Shown one piece after another: positions 54,754-64,000 of a stretch of DNA of 64,000 bases (position 1 is its first letter; each line of letters starts with the position of its first letter). The translations under genes and the position numbers were made by a program. This DNA is from Octopus vulgaris (lineage: Eukaryota). The stretch lies in assembly GCA_951406725.2 (NCBI GenBank), contig OX597825.1, positions 69,068,001-69,132,000 on the forward strand, given 5' to 3'. The notes under the pieces are model-generated. The model saw only the letters and a program-made list of their open reading frames with translations, made no database searches and was not told the origin of the DNA.

Positions 54754-55030
54754 CTATAATTTTCTATGTTGACATAGCCTCCAGTGTGTATAGGTTCCAA
54801 CTCTATCGTGTCTGTATATATATCCCTCCTCGAAGCCAAAGACAATATGATTTATTGTTTCTTCTCTATTACCACATATTGTGCAGTTGTATTTCTTTTC
54901 ATTATGTGTTTTTTGGTGATTTCTGGTGGGAAAGCTTTGATGTTGTGCTGCAATTAAAAATTCTCCAGTCTGCTTTGAGTCCCTAAACTTCTCAGCCATT
55001 GTTGGGATTTTGCTTTGTCAATTTATTTTC
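54754..55030 (-). pseudogene. R4/Dong-like non-LTR fragment (CCHC region)
   Basis: FLIAAQHQSFPTRN...CTICGNREETINHIVFG..YIYRHDRVGTYTHWRLC. Confidence 0.8.
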
Positions 55031-55242
55031 TGTTTAGCTTTTCTTCTTCTTCTTCTTCTTCTTCTTCTTCTTCTTCTTCTTCTTCTTCTTCTTCTTCTTC
55101 TTCTTCTTCTTCTTCAACTTCTTGCTATTAGTATTGTTATTATTGTTATTATTACCATTAGTATTATTATTATTATTTTGTTGTTGTTGATGATGAAATT
55201 GTAGTTGTTTTTCTCAAGGCGGCGAGCTGGAAGAACCGTTAT

Positions 55243-55880
55243 CTGCATTATAAAGTCATCAGCATTAATAGACAGAGGGTCAAATACATTGTCAATATTT
55301 CCTTCAGCTACCACGGGAGGTTGTCCTGGTAACTTTGCCAAATGCTCGTTCCACAAAGGCTTCCAGCTCATATCTTATCATGATCAGTTTTCCTTTTCCA
55401 GTTATTTCATTGATAACACTCCACGCAAGTTTAGCTTTTTGATTCAAATGGGTGTTATGTAGGAGTACCACCTTCTCCTTTATGTAGCTTTCTTGCTCTT
55501 TACAATAAGCATCATCCAAATTGCTTTTCGCTCTGGACTATACCATAAGGGAAGCAATTGATAATGAACAAGATCTCGGCTTTACATTGACACAAAAGAG
55601 AAATAAGCGAAGCCTACCAACTGTTATATGAGAGACAGATCTTGCTGATGATATAGCTCTTATATCAAATACCATCGAATAAGCTCAATGACATCTCCAT
55701 ACATTTGAATTTTCTGCCAGGAAAATTGGTCTACACATAATTGTTTTTAAGACAGAGTACAAGATTTCCAAGAAGATGGAAATCTTATTTCACTGGATTA
55801 CAGAATACGAAATTCGAGTCGATGCTTTTCTAAATATGGCAGCTGGATAAGTTCATAAAAATAAAAGACATTGACATGTT
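55243..55880. pseudogene. RTE/RTEX-like LINE relic in two opposed pieces
   Basis: Plus strand from ~55533 reads LDYTIREAIDNEQDLGFTL...TDLADDIALISNTIE*AQ..ARKIGLHI (RT motif). Minus strand 55243-55530 reads AWSVINEITG...WNEHLAKLPGQPP (tether region). Confidence 0.75.
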
Positions 55881-56170
55881 CGTGACATAGCAATCTCATA
55901 TCAAGATAAACAGCACACGACCTTGCAGGTTGGGTTCAGTGAGAATATTCTCCAATGGTCCCTGAATAAGTGTAGTTTAAGGATGTTGAACAAAACACCC
56001 ATGTTTCCAGAAGTGAATTATTCAAACCCCAAAGAATTCTTCTCAACGCACGGCTATGATGATCTCCCGCTGCTTCTGCTCGTGATCAGAGATGCACATA
56101 TCGTCAGCTTCTAACGTCAAGCAACTAACAAGCACATCTGTGATATTGAACACAATATTTTCTGTAGCTC

Positions 56171-56221
<51 letters not shown>

Positions 56222-56243
56222 CATTATTATTATTATTATTATT

Positions 56244-56636
56244 CAGGCGGTGAGCTGGTAGAAACGTTAGCACGCCGGACGAAATGCTTAGTGGTATTTC
56301 GTCTGCGGTTACATACTGAGTTCAAATTCCGCCGAGGTCGACTTTGCCTTTCAACCTTTCGGGGTCGATTAAATAAGTACCAGTTACGCACTGGGGTCAA
56401 TATAATAGACTTAATCTGTTTGTCTGTTCTCGTTTGCCCTCTTTGTGTCTAGCCCCTTGTGGGTAGTAATGGAATAGGTATTTCACCCGTCGCTATGTTC
56501 TGAGTTCAAATTCCGCCGAGGTCGACTTTACATTGCATCCCCTCGGGGTCGATAATTTACGTATCAGTTGTGTACTGGGGTCAGATCAATCGTCTCATCC
56601 CCTCCTCCAAAATTACTGCTCTAGTGGCAAAATTTG

Positions 56637-56637
<1 letters not shown>
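56244..56637 (+). mobile_element. Dimeric family-A SINE
   Basis: A long-tail unit is joined to a second unit at gaata|ggtatttc. Confidence 0.85.
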
Positions 56638-56696
<59 letters not shown>

Positions 56697-57215
56697 TATA
56701 ATGTGCTATACAATGCGACATTTTTTATGATTAAAGCAAGTGTTCTCCACCACATAAGCAACACAATCGTTCTTATGAATATTTGTTAAATGTTTATCGA
56801 TTCAAACCATATAAAACCGATCTTCCATTATTTATTTTTATCACCAAATGGGGAAAACTGAATAGAATTGAAGTATCATTTTAAAGCGTTTTCTAAAAGT
56901 AACGCTATTGTATTAGTTTTAACACTGAATATTGAATATGCTGCAATTGGCGCACTTCTTGTATGTAAACAATTTTATTGCAAAAATTTTATTGAAAAGC
57001 TGTTGAAAATCAATGCTCGAATCGAACGTTACGTATGTCAGCTCAAATATATGTATGAGTTAATAAAAAGAATTTATAATGTAACTTGTAGTAAAACAAA
57101 CAATTCCAACATTAAATGGATGTTTTCATTTGGCTTTGAATTTTTTTCGAAGTATCGGAAATGCAGGTGCATTTTGTAAATTCGTTTGTTGTTGTTATTG
57201 TTGTTGTTGTCGTTC

Positions 57216-57256
<41 letters not shown>

Positions 57257-57319
57257 CATTATTATTATTATTATTATTATTATTTATTATTATTATTATT
57301 GTTATTATTATTATTATTA

Positions 57320-57366
<47 letters not shown>

Positions 57367-57500
57367 TTTATTTTTTTGTTGAAAACTCACAGCTTATTTT
57401 ACTGGGTATGGCAGAAAGTGTGAGCTGTGCACAGCCAGCAGACTAAGGTGATACTTATTTATTTATTTATTATTATTATTATTACTATTATTATTATTAC

Positions 57501-57563
<63 letters not shown>

Positions 57564-57589
57564 CGCCTAGCTGGAGGTGTGGTTTTGGA

Positions 57590-58455
57590 CTGCTGTAAGT
57601 TTCTGTTTAATTCACATGTTTTAAAAGGTTCTATACCGTATTTTGCTGGTTAAATGGTTTTGCAAACATCACTCCCTTCTGGGGGCGGGGGTGACGTTTA
57701 TTAAGCAAAGCCCCATTTTGGAGGTGATAGAAAGCTTTTTGTTTTAAAATTTGTTCGAAAATTTGCTTCGAAGAAAGTAAACATTGAAGACGGCGACGAA
57801 AAGCGGGAGTTAGGAAGGAAGGTAGTACGGCAATTTGCACGTGGACTTCCTTGTCCTCCCCTACACGATTGGCAGTAGACAGCAGGAAGAAAGAAAGAAG
57901 AGGACGTGAAGAGCCACACAAAGAAGAAAGAGGATGAAAAGCAGAAAGAAAGCGAGAGGAAGGAAGGAAGGAAGGAATAAAGTCTCCCTCATTACATGGA
58001 AGTCGTAGTAGCACGCAAAGCAATACTGAAAGCAATACTGAAAGCAATGGGGTTTAGCGGTGGGTGAAAAAAAACCTTTGCAAATAACACGGCAGATAAG
58101 TTATTGGTTAACATCTCACTGGAGAACAAAACAGAAAAACTAAACAAGGCAGCAAAATATATGAAAATCAATGGAATGAGGGTAGAATTGACGCCGCCAA
58201 TCGACGTGCTGAAAGCAACAGCCGAACGGACAGTTGTCTACAAGTGCGTGAATACAAAGACAAGAAAACTTTAAAATGCTACACGCGACAAGGTGGAAAA
58301 GGCATTGAAAGTCATATTGAAGGATATCCGCCACATTGCGAGAGCGAGGCATACGGAACAGTAGAGGTCCTTTTTAAGACAGAGGAGCAGGCGATACAGA
58401 ACTTGGTGACCACGCGTCGCACCGAGGAAATCGCCTTCTTCCCAGCATATCGTAC
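57590..58455 (+). mobile_element. Probable 5' end and ORF1 start of a Tx1/L1-like LINE, frameshifted
   Basis: Purine-rich leader followed by MKINGMRVELTPPIDVLKATAERTVVYK and YGTVEVLFKTEEQA...FFPAY (RRM-like ORF1). Confidence 0.5.
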
Positions 58456-58496
58456 ATTTCACCCCTGTTAAATTTCTTATATCTCATTCAAACTAA

Positions 58497-58698
58497 GAGC
58501 ATGTGCTGAAAAGTTCCTGCCTTTAATGTTATCATGAAATGCCTTGTTGTAGGTTCCGAGTTCTTTATCAGAGCTTAGAAAAACTGAAGGATCGCTGCAA
58601 TAAGTGTGTGAATCTGAGAGGGGAATATGTTGAATAGAATCACAATTAATTGAACCTTCCGTATTTTACACATAGCCAGGAACTTTTCAGCACCCCCA
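58497..58698 (+). mobile_element. mariner-derived MITE
   Basis: gtgctgaaaagttcctg / caggaacttttcagcac, with KCVNLRGEYVE*. Confidence 0.8.
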
Positions 58699-59392
58699 CC
58701 TTAATCTATGGTACTAATACATAAAACTTCTTACGCCCTTTCTGTTATATGTTACCTCTGCCTAGTGTCAACACGATTGAATAAAAACCGAATGCAAGAG
58801 TAGATTACTTCCCTTTGCAAGCGTAACATTCGAACGTGAATGTACGTTTCACTCTTGTTAAATTTAATTTTTCTCTTTCAAACTTTTCCCTAAACATTTG
58901 TGTATTTCTACGAACATAGGATTTTACCCGAAACCTTATTTCTTTTCCTCATCTATTCATCTTTACGAAACGCAATTATTTATTCGACGTTGCCTATATA
59001 TTTTATATGCAATAGCCATACATTAATGCGATTTGGGAATTACATTTTTGACGTGCTTGTTCACGTAGCCAAAAATCTAAGATGTGCACTGGATGATATA
59101 TATCACGAAAATATTCAAGTTAAAAGAGAAAAATACATAAATAAAGAAAAGTCCGTAAATAGAAATGACCGAAACAAACCACAGTAATATAGCAGAATTA
59201 AAGAAGGAATTAGAAAAAAAAAACAGGCTTGCTGAAAATGGAATAAATTTCTTATGACGAGAAGCAGCAGTTGAACAAATGTACATCCTGTATAATTTCG
59301 CCGAAAACACTCTCGCTTCATTGCACCAAATAACACTGTGATAAGTACACCGAAGTGAGATATCATTATCTCAGATATGTTTAAAACCTACT

Positions 59393-59488
<96 letters not shown>

Positions 59489-59900
59489 TTGATATAAGAG
59501 AAATGAAGCAAATTATCGCTGTAAATTCTATACAAAAAATCCCCAAAAGGGACAAGCGAATATCATTAGGATTCATGGTAATGTATTTTCATATATTTTG
59601 TAGTATGTTGTCAGTGTTTTTTTTTCCCATTCGAATATCATTGCTGACACTCGTAAATATATAACAGTAAGAGTAAATAAAACTGCTGTTAAAGTATTAA
59701 CGTGTCAACGTGTATGACATTTAAACAAGATTATATAGACAGAGAAATAGAAACTCACAACGGTTAGAAATTATGAATATTTATTATATATAACATAGAT
59801 ATGTGTACGCACACTCACACACATGAACGTACACAAACACACACATAGGTATAAATTCAGGTTTCGAGCATTCATTTGCTCAAACCCATACATACATACA

Positions 59901-60025
<125 letters not shown>

Positions 60026-60107
60026 TTCTTACACATATTTGTATGCATACGTGTATGTTTGTTGTGAGTGTATGTGTTTATGCATGTGTACTTGTATTTT
60101 ATTAAAG

Positions 60108-60425
60108 ACTCCGCCGGTTACGACGACGAGGGTCCCAGCTGATACGATCAACGGAACAGCTTGCTCGTGAAATTAACGTGCAAATGGCTGAGCATTCCAC
60201 AGACACGTGTACCCTTAACGTAGTTCTCGGGGATAATCAGCGTGACACAGAGAGTGACAAGGCTGACCCTTTGAAATACAAGTACAACTCATTTTTGCCA
60301 GCTGAGTGGACTGGAGCAACGTGAAATAAAGTGTCTTGCTCAGGACACAACGCGTCGCCGGGAATCGAACTCACAACCTTACGATCATGAGCCGAATGCC
60401 CTAACCACTAAGCCACGCGCCCTCA
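60108..60425 (-). mobile_element. SINE with head D, CORE-like segment and tail type a
   Basis: Head gcgcgtggcttagtggttagggcattcggctcatgatcgtaagg...gttcgattcc. The 3' half is shared with 8826-9010. An interrupted copy lies at 19295-19880. Confidence 0.85.
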
Positions 60426-61212
60426 CTGTATTTTATTACATACTTATACAATTATCATATGTTCACACATATTTATGCACGCGCGTGCGTGTATACATAC
60501 ATATACATATATGTATATAAGTGTGTGTTGCATATGAAAATATAAATTTAAACTTTCTTCCTCTTTACTTTTTCTCGCCCCCCTCTCTCTCACATTTCTT
60601 GGCCCTCTCTTTCTTTAACTCCCACTTTTCCTTCTCGTTTATCGCACCTGTACCTTTCCGTCTTTGATTTTTTTTCTAATACTTCAGTCCCGCTGCCCCT
60701 ACGCATCTCTCTTTCTTCCACGTGACCGGTGTCCGGCCAGCCATGATCTTTCTTTCATGACCTGACTGCTGACCTCAAAACTTCTTATATCCGTCTACTA
60801 TGTTCCTGCCTTTAGGCTTTCACTTCATACACGCCAGCTCAGTTTGATTCGTTCTCAGACGAAAGACACATGTTGTCATATTCTTGTTGTATTTGTAATT
60901 GTGCATCATGTTCTCCTTTTCTTTTCTTTGTTGCCTTACACATTCGTTAGCTTTCTAACGAAAAATCTAATGCGCTTAGCTTAGACTTTTTTGGGGGACA
61001 ACTAGATCCAAATGTCACAAGTGTAAATGCCCGAAACGGTAATGACATCTGGTAACTTGACTGAAGAAAGAAGGCCACGAATAACCTGTCCTTCTTTTCC
61101 CCTGTTCCTCTAATTGTTGTTTCTCCTGTCCACCTTTGTATCGTCTATTTGTCTAAATGCTTTATTGTCCTCTATTGCGTTTTTTGCTCCATTTTCTAAT
61201 ATATATACATAT

Positions 61213-61261
<49 letters not shown>

Positions 61262-61290
61262 TGTATATATCCACACACACACGCATAAAC

Positions 61291-61330
<40 letters not shown>

Positions 61331-61335
61331 TGTGT

Positions 61336-61632
61336 GGAGGCGCAATGGCCTAGTGGTTAGGGCAGCGGACTCGCGGTCGTAGGATCGCGGTTTCGATTCC
61401 CAGACCGGGCCTTGTGAGTGTTTATTGAGCGAAAACACCTAAAAAGCTCCACGAAGCTCCGGCAGGGGGTGGTGATCCCTGCTGTACTCTTTCACCACTC
61501 TTTCTCCCACTCTTTCTTCTGTTGGCCTGCTCGCTTAGCCAGCGGGGTGGCGTCATTCGAAGGCTAAAACAATGCGAACGCATTGTGACCAGCGATGTCT
61601 AACTACATCTGATGGACTGGTCGGTCACGTGA
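61336..61632 (+). mobile_element. SINE family B, tail type b
   Basis: Matches 35276-35564. Confidence 0.9.
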
Positions 61633-62771
61633 TGGTAATGGTGATACATTGTAAGCATATAAGCATCTGTTCCTTGTACCGATGCACTTGAATGCATCGA
61701 CTTTCCGCCCCTACTACTATCACTAGCTTCATTTATAACCCCTAACCCTGAAATCTATTTTCTCCTCCCACTATTCTCTATCTAAATCCAACTCCTGTTT
61801 ATACACTTAATTCTCCACAAAATCATTCCAACTTTAATCTCCTTTCTGTCAACAGCTCAAATGTAAACTTCCTCCTTGAAGACGGAGGGTGGTATTATCC
61901 AATGATGAAATCAATAAACTCTCATTATTTTGGACCAACAAGCCCCAAGAAACAGCTGCTGGATTCGTAAAACTCTTATTCAACCCCTTTAATTCCTGTT
62001 ATCATTTCTATTCTGTGTAAGTCGGACCTTTTTATATGCACATTATTTGTATTAAATGTATTGAATATTTTTGAATATCGAATAGCCTAACTTGCTTGTC
62101 CTTACCCTCTCTCTCCCCTCTCTTTCTCTCTATATATAAACATATAAATATATATACACGCATACACACGATGGGCTTCTTTCAGTTTCCGTCTACAAAA
62201 TCCACTCTAAAGGCAGTGGTCGGTCTGGGTCTATAGTGAAAGAAATCATACACCATGTGTCACGCAGTCGCATTAAATCCGGTTGTGGTTGCGAAGCTAA
62301 CCTCTTACCATTCAGCCACAACATGATAAATATGAAGACGGCCTTAATTTTTCTGTAAAGAATCGTAACCAAAGTCAGTTCATAACTTATCTGAAATCTT
62401 TCATCTTTGCTTAAATACGTTAGAATTGCATAACATTCCGGCTATCTGAGAATCACTCAGGAGCTCGTCACATCAAACAAAAGCAGCGTCGTATTAGAAC
62501 GCGTCAACAATGTACATAACTCGTATATGTTAAATATTCAATGAAAATAAACTTCCTGATGTCGTCGGATATGAAAGACCGTATGACTTCAGCTCTGTAT
62601 TAAAAATCTTCAATAATAAATTGTGCTTACCAATTAAATGAGACAAGTTAAGAACAATGAGATGTGTCGGAGATCATTGAACGTGTAAGTGTGTGCAGAG
62701 GTTATATTCATTAAAGATATTGACTGAGAACAAAAGACCTAAATTACCTAAGACTGCCTAAATTTAAACAT

Positions 62772-62824
<53 letters not shown>

Positions 62825-63084
62825 TATATATTTGTATGTATATATATATATATTTGCATGTATATATATATATGTTTACAAATATGTATATATATATATA
62901 TATATATTAAATATGTATATATTATATATATATATACATATGTAATATGTATATAGTATAATATATTATATATATAATATCTATATATACATACACACGT
63001 ATATATATATCAAAATAAATATATATAAATATATATAAGATATATATGCATATATATATATATATATATATGATATATATAATG

Positions 63085-63128
<44 letters not shown>

Positions 63129-63141
63129 GTATATACATACA

Positions 63142-63175
<34 letters not shown>

Positions 63176-63542
63176 ATGACTGCTTTTACTTTCAGTTGTG
63201 GTGAGCTATGTACTGAGACAACGAAAAGGCTGCAAAGCGCATCATATATGAATATTAAACAAAAATAATGTAGATGTTGCCCAAACATAAAGGTTTACCA
63301 ATTAGAGCCATACCTAATAGATTATTGAAACAGCCACTAAATCACGAGATTTTCTACTAGTCACCTAAGGGTTGTTATACTTTGTACTGTAAACATTGAA
63401 AAGCTAGCTTATAAGAGACGGTAATGTGACGAGAAAATGACAATGTTATTCAGTGAATAACACATATATAATCTGGAAAGTAATTGATAAAATAACTGAA
63501 ATATTTTGCTCTTATTTGAATGACGCTGTCGATCATAGAGAT

Positions 63543-63742
63543 GAGAAGAAGAAGGAGGAGGAGAAGAAGATGATTGACTAGTAGTAGTAATAGAAGAAGA
63601 AGAAGAAGGAGGAGGAAAAGAAGATGATGGAGTAGTAGTAGTAATAGAAGAAGAAGAAGAATAAGAAGTAGTAGTAAAGAAGAAGAAGAAGTAGTAGTAG
63701 TAGTAGTAGTAGTAATAGAAGAAGAAGTAGTAGTAGTAGTAA

Positions 63743-63786
<44 letters not shown>

Positions 63787-64000
63787 ATAGAAGAAGAAGA
63801 AGTAGTAATAGTAATAGAAGAAGAAGAAGAAGAATAAGTAGTAGTATTAGTAGTAATAGAAGAAGAAGGAGAAGAAGAAGTAGATGTAGTAGTAATAGAA
63901 GAAGGAGAGGAAGAAGAAGAAGTAGTAGTAATAGAAGAAGAAGGAGAAGAAGAAGTAGCTGTAGTAGTAATAGAAGAAGGAGTGGAAGAAGAAGTAGTAG
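63543..64000. repeat. Compound (GAA)n/(GTA)n satellite with higher-order blocks
   Basis: Alternating gaa and gta runs joined by gtaatagaa. Confidence 0.95.

Noticed and set aside
61030-61075. cgaaacggta...ctgaaga, a possible type II hammerhead (similar layout near 52210-52240 minus)
   Set aside because: Stems I and II do not pair convincingly.

Overview
AT-rich, microsatellite-saturated animal DNA (intergenic or intronic). The SINE repertoire strongly suggests an octopus/cephalopod genome; this is inferred from recalled repeat families, not from a search. I found no intact host protein-coding gene: nearly all supplied ORFs are translations of simple repeats, and the rest are transposon relics. 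The window holds several tRNA-derived SINE families and non-LTR fragments (RTE, CR1-group, Tx1/L1-like, R4/Dong-like). It also holds Penelope-like relics with minimal hammerhead motifs, a TIR-complete Tc1 element, mariner MITEs, two non-autonomous Helitrons, a Helentron-like element, a decayed hAT transposase and fold-back elements. The most notable signal is at 46327-46787: a 355-bp unit plus a 106-bp terminal redundancy (a 1.3-mer), predicted to be highly structured. It carries a type I hammerhead ribozyme with a covarying U3-A8 core pair at the tip of a ~135-nt helix, making it a candidate retrozyme or viroid-like circular RNA element. A ~60-bp piece of it also occurs in both Helitrons. All structures and alignments were worked out by eye, and boundaries of degenerate elements are approximate.
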